Below, in pieces: positions 1 to 12,671 of a stretch of 64,000 nucleotides of DNA. Each line of letters begins with the position of its first letter. Within the stretch, counting starts at the first letter, position 1. Under the pieces are notes generated by a model. It saw only the letters and a program-made list of their open reading frames with translations. It had not been told where the DNA came from and searched no databases. This DNA is from Massalongia carnosa. Its lineage: Eukaryota. Location: assembly GCA_965645245.1 (NCBI GenBank), contig OZ287068.1, forward strand, positions 1,550,001 through 1,614,000, given 5' to 3'. Position numbers and translations under genes: made by a program.

Positions 1-503
1 TATTAGACAATTTATAGACCCATTTCATTGCTTGTAAAATCGCATGCAGTTCAGCATTTTTAATGCTTGACTGTTTGCTTAATTTCCAGCTTTTCGAAAT
101 CGTATGATACTTGATCAGACAATCTTTTTCGATAAATCGATCAAAATTATTGATAATACTACTCCAATTCCTCATAATTGGCGCAAATGTGACTGCAGAC
201 GTTGCAAATTCGATTTTTGATCCATCCGTATAAAGTAAAACTCGGGATTTATCGGAGTTCATTGATTGAATTTTGGATAAGGTCGAATAATAACTTGATT
301 TAGCAGATTCCTTTGTATTTTCGATTTGAAATTCGATTTTGCACGGCGAGTTCCAAGGTTTAATAAAATGATTTGATTGTTCAAACTCATCAGTTTTGTG
401 AACTATGTCGGAAACGGAATGAAGAACGCGAATGAGCTGACTAGGATGTCGTTTATTTGTTTGTTTTTCGTCTTCGTTCCATTCGGCATATTTGTTGTTC
501 CAT
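1..503 (-). mobile_element. Tad1-like LINE ORF2 fragment (RNase H region, A-type), runs off the left edge, cut by the tail of the next LINE (L0)
   Basis: Near-identical to ~1495-1998 and ~55075-55568; ends at ttgttccat where a poly-T LINE tail begins. Confidence 0.9.
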
Positions 504-737
504 TTTTTTTTTTCATTTATTCATTAAGTGTATTCAACCTAAGGTTATGACACTAAACTATTTTAGCATATGTTTCTATATTACAAATAAATCAACCCTT
601 TATAACCCATCTATGTATCGTCAATTTTTCCCCATTTTTACTTCGTGTTAGTAACAACCTATAGTAATCGAAAAATATCGATTTTACAATTTATCTTTGT
701 AAGTTCGTAACTGTTTCAGCATAAATCGTTTCTGATT

Positions 738-3700
738 TTACTGTTCGATCTCTCCCCAACCTCCAGTTTCGAAAATATCGTCATCAAGCTGACCTAGTAT
801 CCATTTTCTAGTCGCGATTTTGTTACTGACAATGAATTTAATCAAAATGTCATTTCCGATTTTTGTATTAAACAACATATTCAAGTTGATCGTAGTATCG
901 ATGGTTTGTTTCATGTTTTGAATTTCATCGAAATAGTGAATGCAATTCAATAACAAGTGTTCTGGCGTTTGTCGTTGATTGCATCGATTTGAGCATTTTG
1001 ACGAATTATAATCTTTCAATCGATGTAAATATGATCGAAAATAGCCGTGTCCGAATTTTAATTGCATAATAGTAGCAAATATCAATTTGGAACAGTTGTT
1101 TGATAAATAATAAAATCTCGATATGCCAGGTTTCATTTCGAATTTCTCGTAGTATTTGCCTTTTGATTTGCATTGTTGCCATTGATTCGTCCATGTGGTT
1201 AGCATATTTTGATTTATTTGATCTTTTACATAATCAAATGTTATAGCCGAGGACTCGACTAGGATTTGATTATGGCCCGTCTTTGCTATTTTGTCTGCAA
1301 TTTCGTTTTCGGTAATATTCGAATGACTCGGAACCCATTGCAAAATTACCTGATAATTGCTTTCAAATAAGCGTTTTGCGAGCTTTCGAATTTGTCTTGC
1401 GAAAATATGATTTGTCGAGTTATGAATTTCGTTTATCGCGTTTATACTATCAGAAAAAATCCAAATCGTTTTTTCCAAGTTCGATAAAATATTAGTATTA
1501 GACAATTTATAGACCCATTTCATTGCTTGTAAAATTGCATGCAGTTCAGCATTTTTAATGCTTGACTGTTTGCTTAATTTCCAGCTTTTCGAAATCGTAT
1601 GATACTTGATCATACAATCTTTTTCGATAAATCGATCAAAATTATTGATAATACTACTCCAATTCCTCATAATTGGCGCAAATGTGACTGCAGACGTTGC
1701 AAATTCGATTTTTGATCCATCCGTATAAAGTAAAACTCGGGATTTATCGGAGTTCATTGATTGAATTTTGGATAAGGTCGAATAATAACTTGATTTAGCA
1801 GATTCCTTTGTATTTTCGATTTGAAATTCGATTTTGCACGGCGATTTCCAAGGTTTAATAAAATGATTTGATTGTTCAAACTCATCAGTTTTGTGAACTA
1901 TGTCGGAAACGGAATGAAGAACGCGAATGAGCTGACTAGGATGTCGTTTATTTGTTTGTTTTTCGTCTTCGTTCCATTCGGCATATTTGTTGTTCCATAA
2001 ACTAGTGTCAAAACCGATGTTTTCGAATTTTATCGAATATGTATTTGGAATTCTTTGACAAATAGGGTTATTTTCGGCAATCTTCAATAATCGAATTGCG
2101 TATTTTTGATTTTTCATTAATAATCGAAGTTTGTGATTCAATTTCCATCGCCTGAATAGGTGTGGTTTTGAAAGTTCCTAAAATCTTTCGAATCATTCGA
2201 TTTTGTAGGTTCTGAAATAGTTTTTCATATTTCTTTTGACCATTATACCAAATTTCTGAGCCATAGTCCGAAATAGGAATAATGCATGACAAATAGAGCT
2301 GTCTGCATGCGGTCGGTTTCAGACCCCATTCGGATTTCATCAAATTCTGAATTGCAAAAAACGATCGATTCGCAGAAGAGATTCGCGTTTCGACGTGTTT
2401 TTTGAAATTCAGTTTCCGGTCTAACCAGACGCCCAACCATTTGACTACATTTTTCGGTTCTAGTACTGTCCCGTTTGGTAATTCCAATGTGTCTTTCGAT
2501 AGATTTCTTGTCTTTTCGAAGTGAATCAGCTCGGATTTATCGTCATCAAATTTGACATTATTCGATGCGGCCCAATCAAAAGCTGTTTTGACTATGATTT
2601 CGATTTCTTTGCAATTTTGTTTTGCAGTTTTATTTTCGACATATATTGCAACATCGTCAATAAAACTGGGAGAATGTGCATTAAATTTCATTCGTATTTC
2701 CGGAAACAAGTGACGAATGTAAATCAGAAATAGAATAGGCGAGATTGGTGAACCTTGTGGAATTCCTGATTCGACATAATATGTTTTGCTTTTGTTTTCA
2801 TCGAATATCAAATTGATCGATCGTTTTGTCATGAAATGCTTGACCCATTGAATTATTATGCGAGATAATTTCAGCTTTTTCATGACATTTAGCAGTTGAT
2901 TAATCGAGACAAAGTCAAATGCGCCTTTGACATCGAGTAATAAACAGGATAAAACGCTTTTATTTCGATTCGCAATTTCGATATCATGAACGACGTTCAT
3001 TACTGCGTCAATTGCAGAATGATTTTTGCGTCCGCCCATCTGTTCGATATCTAGTAAATTCGAATTTTCGCCGAAGTAGGCTAGTCGATTTGCAACGATT
3101 TTCTCAGCAATTTTACCAAGACAATTTAGTAATGTGATAATTCGATATGATTTTGGTAGCGAATAGTCTGATTTATTAGGTTTTTTCAGAACTGCACCGA
3201 GTCCTGTCCGCCAGCATAACGGGTGATAACCGATCGAATGAATTTCGAATAAATCATGAAAAACACGTTTTTCAACGATTGAAACGATTTTTGAACAATT
3301 GTAAAATTGATTGCATCAGGTCCACATGCTTTCTTCGGATTAAATAAATTAATCGCATTTTGCAGCTCGTTTTCGGTCAAATCTGGCCAATTATCATCAT
3401 TTTCGCTGTCTTGATTTGGTAAATCTTCGACATTATCGTCTATAAATGGGTTTTTTGTGTACATTGCTGACACAAACGCATCGCATTTGTCATCAAACTG
3501 AACATTAAGCTTATTTTCATGTAGAATCGGCGGTATTTTTTCGAATATGCGCGGTTTAGTATATTTATACGCTGTAAACACGTCTTTATTCGTTGCATTT
3601 TCTAGAAAAGTCAACCAGGTTTGTTGTTTTGCTTTTCGAATTGCATGAAAATACTCAATTCGACTATGTTTAAACGTCCGATGACTAAAATCGGACAGAT

Positions 3701-4736
3701 AATTCTTCCATTCTCGACGGTACCTGCACATGATTTTTCGAAGTTCGGTTAAATCTTGCGACCACCAATTTTTCGATTTTGCACATATTTTTGTTTTCGG
3801 AATAAACATTTCAGCCGCGTTTTTGATAATTTTTTGCAAATGTATAGCTGATTCGTCGAATTGATGATTATTCAATAAACTTTGAACTTTTGATTCGTAG
3901 TTGATTGAATTTTCGTCTAGAAACTTCGCGAATTTATTCCAATCGGCTTTATTACAATTGTATTTATACGATAATGCGGTTGCATGTGACGTCAAATTCT
4001 TGAAAGATGCGATTAGTTCAAATCGGATGACTTCATGATCTGAACCTGTGACTGCGTTTTCATCGATTGCCCAGTTTGTAATTGCATTTTCGATTTTGGA
4101 ATTTGCAAATGTTAAATCAATAACAGATGATGAACTTCCAGAATGGGCGTAGAATGTGCATAAATCAGTTGTGTTTATCAAACTACATTTGTTTATTTTC
4201 AACCATTTGACTAAATTTTCTGATCGAATTGCGTGTTGAATTTTCGAATTCCACCAGCTATGATGTGCATTGAAATCTCCACATATGATAAATTGATTAG
4301 TTGATGTAGGTTGATATTTGATTAAAAGTCGATCGATCGTGTATGTTTCTCGATCATTTTGACTTTTTTCGTTATAAATATTGAAAATCTGCACTTTTCG
4401 AATTTCATCAATTGTAATTTCAATAATTTGCATATCGGAATCGTCAATCAGATCCGTTCTAGGCGTGCATTGCAGTTTGGGATTGCATTTTGTGACAAAT
4501 ATAGCTACTCTCGAGCGATAAGTCGCTGTTTTCGGCATAATGCATGTAAATGACGGATGTGATATTGTTTTTTGATCTCGTGTCCATGGTTCCTGAAACA
4601 AAACAATATCAATTTGATTTGATAAAGCATATTCCAAACACGAAATCATTGCATTCATTGACCTTCCACAGTTGTGTTGAATAAATTTGACATTGTGAGT
4701 ATTTTCTATATTTGCCAACGAATGCTGTCCTGCCAT
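738..4736 (-). pseudogene. LINE ORF2 (APE endonuclease, RT, RNase H, Zn knuckle), frameshifted
   Basis: QEP, GDFNAHH, SDH; PQGSPISP, FIDD; YTDGS, AELHAI, WVPSH. Relative to the intact copy: 1-bp deletion near 3234 and ~14-bp deletion near 2132. Confidence 0.92.
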
Positions 4737-6310
4737 TATAAGGCGGATAATTCGTCAGCCGATTTTCGTGGATTTAATGCAGTAAACATTTCACAATGTT
4801 CATCATTTGATTGATGATTTTTATTGCAGTTTGCACATTTCACAACAACGTGTGCATACGCAGTTTTCGATTTGCATGTTATGCATTCATGATTACGTGT
4901 TTCATGATTTTGTGCACAAATATTGCATTTTGATTTGTTTCGACACTGATAATGCTTGTGTCCGAATTTTTGACAATTAATACATTGTGTATTCGGACGA
5001 ACGGAAGTAAATATTTCCGTGTCACAGTGTTTTCCCGCGATATTTACGCCTTTTAACGCGTTTAAGGCCTGATTTCGATCGTTAAAAGTCAAAACGACCG
5101 AAGAATTGACTTTATTTTCGCGATCTCGCGCTAGCCATCTGGGTAAATCGCACAATTCCATGTTAAGGTTGAATTTCTGGATTTCATTTTGCAAAAATTG
5201 CATATTTTGATCAAACGTTGCAATATTTACTCCATGTGCGATCACTTTAAACCAGGATTCGTCTTTTCGAATTCTTTGTGCATCAAACATATGTTCCCAT
5301 ATAGATTTGTTTTCCAACAATTCTGCAGCAGTGTTTTTCGAACTAGTAGTGAGAACGATATTCTGACCTGTTTTCGATTTTTCGACCGTGTTGATTACGA
5401 TATCTAACTTCGCGTTGCTGAATTGCGCGTTGATTTGATCTCGAAGTTTCAATGAGTCGATATCGCCGATTTGAATTTTTGGTGTAATTATCAGTCGTCT
5501 GAGTTTGATTGCATTTAATTCGTCGGTTTTGTCGAGTTTGTTCGAGGTTTGACTCGAATTTTTCGATCTGGAAACAGTGGTCCAATTTTCGGAATTCGCA
5601 GTTGCTTTTCCAAGCATTTGACTCCAGGATGGAGGCGTGTTATTGACCTTTGTACTCGTAACCCCGGCGGTTTCCTTTCGTGCGTTCGTGTTGACGACTT
5701 TATTTGGATTTTCAGTCATATTGACTTGTTGAACCCGAGTCGATTTTCGCGTTGTTTCTGAGGTTCGATTACTAGTCTGATCAATTACCTTGTCCAATTT
5801 CCAATTCATCATGTCTAGTGTTGTTTTGATATTAATTGATTTTTTTGTCAATAAGGAATTGACATTATCAATGACTATTGCTGTTTCTGGATTTTTATCT
5901 AAGACAAATGACTTCAATAACGCGGTTTTAGCCGTTTTGAGTAATCCAATCGATTGTGCTCGATTGATTGCTTCTTGGCTTTCCTCTACTCGTTCGTCGA
6001 ATGTTTTTCGTTTGTTACGTTTGATGGGCGGGCTTAATTCTATATTAGAATTTAACGATGGCATGGGTAGATTGGTAGTAAATTGTCCAGATGGGAATTT
6101 GGTTGCTTTTGGGGTCGGCGTAGTCGGGGCGGACGAATATTCATGTGATTGATCCATAGGCTCGTCAAGTACAGGCGATTTTTCTATAAGTCCTACTGAC
6201 GAGAGCCCCGGAGATTCCATTTGGGGAGGGTTTTGAGGAGTGCTCAGGGGTGTTCCCGGGGAGGCTCTCGATATAATTCGTCGAGTCCTAGGGAGTACCG
6301 GATTGAACAT
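4736..6310 (-). CDS. LINE ORF1 gag-like nucleic-acid-binding protein (A1 type), 524 aa
   Basis: Open ORF, Pro-rich N-terminus, QCINCQKFGHKHYQC and further Cys/His knuckles; stop overlaps ORF2 ATG. Confidence 0.9.
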   Translation of the reverse strand: MFNPVLPRTRRIISRASPGTPLSTPQNPPQMESPGLSSVGLIEKSPVLDEPMDQSHEYSSAPTTPTPKATKFPSGQFTTNLPMPSLNSNIELSPPIKRNKRKTFDERVEESQEAINRAQSIGLLKTAKTALLKSFVLDKNPETAIVIDNVNSLLTKKSINIKTTLDMMNWKLDKVIDQTSNRTSETTRKSTRVQQVNMTENPNKVVNTNARKETAGVTSTKVNNTPPSWSQMLGKATANSENWTTVSRSKNSSQTSNKLDKTDELNAIKLRRLIITPKIQIGDIDSLKLRDQINAQFSNAKLDIVINTVEKSKTGQNIVLTTSSKNTAAELLENKSIWEHMFDAQRIRKDESWFKVIAHGVNIATFDQNMQFLQNEIQKFNLNMELCDLPRWLARDRENKVNSSVVLTFNDRNQALNALKGVNIAGKHCDTEIFTSVRPNTQCINCQKFGHKHYQCRNKSKCNICAQNHETRNHECITCKSKTAYAHVVVKCANCNKNHQSNDEHCEMFTALNPRKSADELSAL

Positions 6311-6844
6311 GATTTAATAAATAAATCGATATGCCTTTTCAATATCCCTTTTATCACCACCAAATAATTTATTCTGATGTTCCCCGGTCGTACTAATCAG
6401 AATAGAAATTTACACCAATTTACAGGTCTAACGACTCTTACTTTCCTATCCCTATTTATATGACAATAACTCGTCAAATAAATCCTAATCGGGTTAAAAT
6501 AGACCGTTCCTCGCTTAGGCAGTAAATCTTATTTAACCCTTTACCAGACACTACAATAGTTGAAAATAATGAAATTTTTTCTGCTTTTTTGCGATAAAAA
6601 TAGATCTAGGGCAAGGTAAGATAATAAGAGAATTCCTATTCTGATTAATCTGAAATAGGATCTTTGGTATAATCCTATTCCAGACGTTTTTCCCCTTCTT
6701 TTCAGTGATCTGTTGACCGGCCGTTCAATGGAGATCGATAAAGCCTAAAATGGTATATGCAGAAATTATACGTGAAATATACTGTGAATATTTGAGCTTG
6801 CGGAAGTTCCCGTAACCTTAAATGAGAAATGAACTTCAAAAAAG

Positions 6845-7545
6845 CCACATGGGCGAATCAATGGCAACAATGCAAGTCAAAAGGCAAATACTATGAGAAA
6901 TTCGAAATGCAGCCGGGCAAATCGAGTTTTTATTATCTGTCGAATAATTGTTCGAAATTAATATTTTCGACTATTATGCAAATGAAATTCGGACACGGTT
7001 ATTTTCGATCATATCTGCACCGATTGAAAGATTATAATTCGTCAAAATGCACAGGGCGCTGCAACGAACGTCAAACGCCAGAACACTTATTGATGAATTG
7101 CATACATTATTCAAATGAAATCCTAAACATGAAACAAAATATCGATACCACAATTACTTTAAAAATGTTGTTTAATACTAGGATCGGAAATAATATTTTG
7201 ATTAAATTTATTGTTGATAACAAAATCGCGACTAGAAAATGGATGCTAGGTCAGCTCGATGACGAAAAAATCGAAACGGGAGGTTGGGGAGAGATCGAAC
7301 AGTAAAATTAGAAATGATTTATGCTGGAATATTTACGAGCTTTACAAAAACAAATTGTAAAATCGATATTTCGATTACTAAAGGTTGTTACTAACACGGA
7401 GTAAAAACGGGGCAATATGGACGATAGATAGTTGGGTTATAAAGGGTTGCTTTATTTGTAAAATAAAACCATATCTTAAAATAGTTTAGTGTCATAACCT
7501 TAGGTTGAATACACTTAATGAATAAATAAATAAAAAAATAAAAAA
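6845..7545 (+). mobile_element. 5'-truncated B-type LINE (L2) inserted antisense in the L1 5' UTR
   Basis: ORF2 C-terminus + 3' UTR + tail; 14-bp TSD gaacttcaaaaaag at 6831-6844 and 7546-7559. Confidence 0.95.
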
Positions 7546-7917
7546 GAACTTCAAAAAAGTTGGTCGTCGCTACAGTTGTTGTACAGTACCGCGACAGTAG
7601 ATATTTTTTGTAGATAATTCTTGTAGTAATAATTGAGGGTAATGCGACAACAGAACAGAAGAAAGTGAGAAAAAAGAGCGATTTTTGGTGATATTGTTGG
7701 TATTTGTTGTTTTTTATAACTTCTTGAGCGCGCTTTATCACGTCTGTCGCGTGCGACCAGCAGAAAATCTCTGCTGGAGCTTTGCTAGAGCTCTCCTACA
7801 CTCAATCTGAGTCCGTTTTTGCTCTGGAGGAGCTCAAATGACTGAGAAAGAGATGTTCAATTGACTGTGAAAGTTTTAGAGTATCAAAAGTTGCGGTACT
7901 TGTGTTTCGATAGGTTG

Positions 7918-10900
7918 GCACACGGAGTAAATATCTCGTTATTCGATAATAACATGCAATATTTGCAAACCAAAATCGAAAAATTCAATTCGAATATCCA
8001 ACTATGCGATTTACCAAGATGGCTTGCTCGGGATCGTCAAAACAAAGTCACGTCGTCGGTAGTTTTGACTTTCAATAATCAAAAACAAGTGTCAAACGCG
8101 TTAAGAGGTGTGAATATCGCGGGTAGACATTGTGACACGGAAATATTTGCTTCCGTTCGTCCAAACACGCAATGTATTAATTGTCAGAAATTTGGACATA
8201 AGCATTATCAATGCAAAAGTCCGGCAAAATGCAATATATGCGCACAAAGTCATGAAACGCGTAATCATGAATGCACAACATGCAAGTCTAAAATCGCATG
8301 CGCACATGTAATTCTGAAATGCGTCAATTGCAACAAAATCGTCAATCGAACGATATAGGTTGCGAAATGTTTATCTCGCTAAATCCTAGAAAATCGAATG
8401 ATGAATTAATGCTTGGTTAATGGCGGGACAACATTCGTTGACAAATATCGAAAATACACAAAATGTCAAATTTATTCAACATAATTTTGCAAAGTCAACG
8501 AATGCAATGATTTCGTGTCTGGAATATGCAGTATTAAATCGTGTTGATATTGTTTTATTTCAGGAACCATGGACGCGAGATCAAAAAACAATTTCCCATC
8601 CGTCATTCACATGTTTTATGCAGAAAATAGCGACTTATCGGCCGAGAGTAGCTATATTCGTTACAAAATGCAATCCAAAATTACAATGCACGCCTAGAAC
8701 GGATCTTATTAACGATTCTGATCTGCAAATTATCGAAATTACAATTGATGAAGTTCGAAAAGTGCAGATATTTAACCTTTACAATGAAAAAAGTCTAAAC
8801 GATAGAGAAACATATACAATCGATCGACTTTTAGTTAAATATCAACCTATATCAACTGATCAATTTATTATATGTGGAGATTTCAATGCACATCATAGCT
8901 GGTGGAATTCGAAGATTCAAAATGCAATTCGATCAGAAAATCTAGTCAAATGGTTAAAATTAAACAAATGTAGTTTGATATATACGCCTGATCTATATAC
9001 ATTTTTTGGTTATTCATGAAACTCTTCATCTATTATTGATTTAACATTTGCAAATTCTAAAATCGAAAACGCTATTACGAATTGGTCAATCGATGAAAAC
9101 GCAGTCACGGGTTCAGATCATGAAATTATTCGATTTGAACTTATCTCGTCTTTCAAGAACTTGACGTCACACGCAAAAGCATTTTCGAATAAATACAACT
9201 GCAATAAAGCCGATTGGGATATATTCGCGAAGTTTCTAGACGAAAATGCAATAAACTACGAGTCCCAAATACAAAGTCTATTGAACAATTATCAATTTGA
9301 TGAATCAGCGTTATATTTGCAAAACGTTATCAAAAACGCGGCGGAAATGTTTATTCCGAAGACAAAAATATGCGCAAAATCGAAAAATTGGTGGTCGCAA
9401 GATTTAACCGGACTTCAAAAAATCATGTGTAGACATCGTCGAGAATGGAAGAATAATCCGTCCTATTTTAGTCATCAAACATTTAGACAAAGTCGAATCG
9501 AGTACTTTCATGCAATTCGAAAAGCGAAACAGCAAACTTGGTTGGCTTTCCTCGAAAACGCAGCGAATAAAGACGTATTTACAGCTTATAAATACACTAA
9601 ACCGCGCATGTTCGAAAAAATACCACCTATTCAATATGAAAATAAGTTAAATGTTCAATTCGATCACAAATGCGATGCGTTTGTGTCAGCAATGTACACA
9701 AAAAACCCGTTCACGGATGATAATATTGAAGATTTAACGAATCAAGACAGCGAAAATGACAACAATTAGCCGAATTTAACCGAAAATGAATTGCAAAATG
9801 CAATTAGTATGTTTAATCCAAAGAAATCATGTGGACCTGATACAATCAATTTCACAATAATTCAAAAATCGTTTCAACCATTGAAAAACATGTTTTTTAC
9901 TATTTATTCTAAATTTATACAAATCGGTTATCACCCGTTATGTTGGCGAAAAGGACTCGGTGCTGTTTTAAAAAAACCTAATAAACCAGACTACTCGCTG
10001 CCAAAATCATATCGAATTATTACCTTACTGAATTGTCTTGGTAAAATTGCGGAGAAAATAGTTGCTAATCGACTAGCCTACCTCGGCGAAAATTCGAGAT
10101 TGTTAAATACCGAACAAATGGGCGGACGCAAAAATCATTCTGCAATCGATGCGGTAATGAACGTCGTTCACGATATCGAAATCGCAAACCGAAACAAAAA
10201 CGTTTTATCATGTCTATTACTCGATCGATGTCAAAGGAGCATTTGACTTTGTTTCGATTAATCAATTGCTAAATGTCATGAAAAAGCTGCATTTATCTCG
10301 CATAGTTATTTAATGGGTCAAGCATTTTATGACAAAACGATCGATCAATTTGATATTCGATGAACACAAAAGCAAAACGCACTATATCGAATCTGGAATT
10401 CCACAAGGTTCACCTATTTCGCCAATTCTATTTCTGATTTATATTCGTTACTTATTTCCGAAAATACGAATGAAATTCAATGCTCATTCACCTAGCTTTA
10501 TAGACGATGTTGCAATATATGTCGAAAATAAAACTGCCAAACAGAACTGCAAAGAAATCGAAATTATCGTCAAAACAGCTTTTTATTGGGCCGCAACGAA
10601 TAATGTCAAATTTGATGACGACAAATCTGAGTTGATTCACTTCGAAAAGTCAAGAAATACATCAGAAGACAAAGTGCAATTACCAAACGGGACAATACTA
10701 GAACCGAAAAATTCTGTCAAATGGTTAGGAGTCTGGTTAGACCGAAAACTAAATTACAAAAAACACGTCGAAACGCGAATTGCTTCTGCAAATCGATCGT
10801 TTTTCGCAATTCAAAATTTGATGAAGTCTGAATGGGGTCTAAAGCCAACTGCATGCAGACAGCTCTATTTGTCATGCATTATTCCTATTTCGGACTATGG

Positions 10901-12671
10901 CTCAGAAATCTGGTATAACGGTCAAAACAAATATGAAAAGCTATTTCAGAATCTGCAAAATCGAATGATTCGAAAGACTTTAGGCACATTCAAAACCACG
11001 CCTGTTCAGGCGATGGAAAATGAATCGCATATTTTACCAGCCAAGCTACGATTGTTGATGAAAAATCAAAAATACGCAATTCGATTATTGAAGATTGCCG
11101 AAAATAATTCTATTTGTCAAAGAATTCCCAGTACCTATTCGGTGAAATTCGAAAACATCGGTTTTGACACTAGTTTATGGAACAAAAGATATGCTGAATG
11201 GAACGAAGACGAGAAAAAATCGAGTAAACCTCATCCTAGTCAGCTTATCCGTATTCTTCATTCCGTTTCGGATATAGTTCACAAAACTGATGAGTTCGAA
11301 TCAGTAAATAATTTTATCAAACTATGGAAGCCGTCTTGTAAAATCAAGTTCCAAATCGAAAGATCAAAAGAAACAGCAAAGTCAAGTTATTATTCGACTT
11401 TATCAAAAATTCAATTAATAAACGCCGATAAATCGCGAGTGTTACTCTATACCGATGGATCAAAAACCGAGTTTTCAACTTCCGCTGTCACATTTGCACC
11501 AATTATGCGAAATTGGAACAATTTCACCGATAACTTCAATCGTTTTATCGAAAAAGATTGTCTCCTCAAACATCATACGATTTCGAAAAGCTGGAAATTA
11601 AACAAACAGTCAAGCGTTAAAAACGCTGAACTGTATCCGATACTACAAGCAATAAAATGGGCATACAAATTGACAATTGCGAATATACTCTCCAATTTGG
11701 AAAAAACGATTTGGATTTTTTCCGATAGCATAAACGCGATAAACGAAATTCAGAACTTGACAAATCATACTTACGCAAAACAAATTCGAAAATTCTCGAA
11801 ATGCTTATTCGGAAACAATTATCAGGTGGTTCTACAATGGATTCCTAGTCATTCGAAAATCGTCGAAAATGAAATTGCAGATAAAGCAGCAAAAGCGGGA
11901 CATAGTCGAATCCTAGTTGAGTCTTCGATAAAAACATTTGATTATGTAAAGGGTCAAATAAATCGAAATATGTTAGCCACATGGGCGAATCAATGGCAAC
12001 AATGCAAGTCAAAAGGCAAATACTATGAGAAATTTGAAATGCAGCCGGGCAAATCGAGTTTTTATTATCTGTCGAATAATTGTTCGAAATTGATATTTGC
12101 GACTATTATGCAAATGAAATTCGGACACGGTTATTTTCGATCATATCTGCACCGATTGAAAGATTATAATTCGTCAAAATGCACAGGGCGCTGCAACGAA
12201 CGTCAAACGCCAGAACACTTATTGATGAATTGCATACATTATTCAAATGAAATCCTAATCATGAAACAAAATATCGATACCACAATTACTTTAAAAATGT
12301 TGTTTAATACTAGGATCGGAAATAATATTTTGATTAAATTTATTGTTGATAACAAAATCGCGACTAGAAAATGGATGCTAGGTCAGCTCGATGACGAAAA
12401 TATCGAAACGGGAGGTTGGGGAGAGATCGAACAGTAAAATTAGAAATGATTTATGCTGGAATATTTACGAGCTTTACAAAAACAAATTGTAAAATCGATA
12501 TTTCGATTACTAAAGGTTTATACTAACACGGAGTAAAAACGGGGCAATATTGACGATACATAGTTGGGTTATAAAGGGTTGATTTATTTGTAAAATAAAA
12601 CCATATCTTAAAATAGTTTAGTGTCATAACCTTAGGTTGAATACACTTAATGAATAAATAAAAAATAAAAT
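7918..12671 (+). mobile_element. B-type LINE lacking its 5' UTR and ORF1 N-half (L3)
   Basis: Begins inside ORF1 (AHGVNISLFD), TAATG junction at 8418-8422, ORF2 to 12437, 3' UTR and tail abutting Copia sequence. Confidence 0.92.
8420..12437 (+). pseudogene. LINE ORF2 with stops and frameshifts
   Basis: Collinear ORF fragments 8420-9019, 9161-9769, 9791-10246, 10329-12437 matching intact ORF2. Confidence 0.92.

Larger units (their letters stand above)
504..7908 (-). mobile_element. Near full-length Tad1-like LINE, subfamily A1 (L1), 5' UTR interrupted by L2
   Basis: A-rich tail at 504, 3' UTR, ORF2 738-4736, ORF1 4736-6310, 5' UTR homologous to 59980-60856; no TSD found. Confidence 0.92.
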
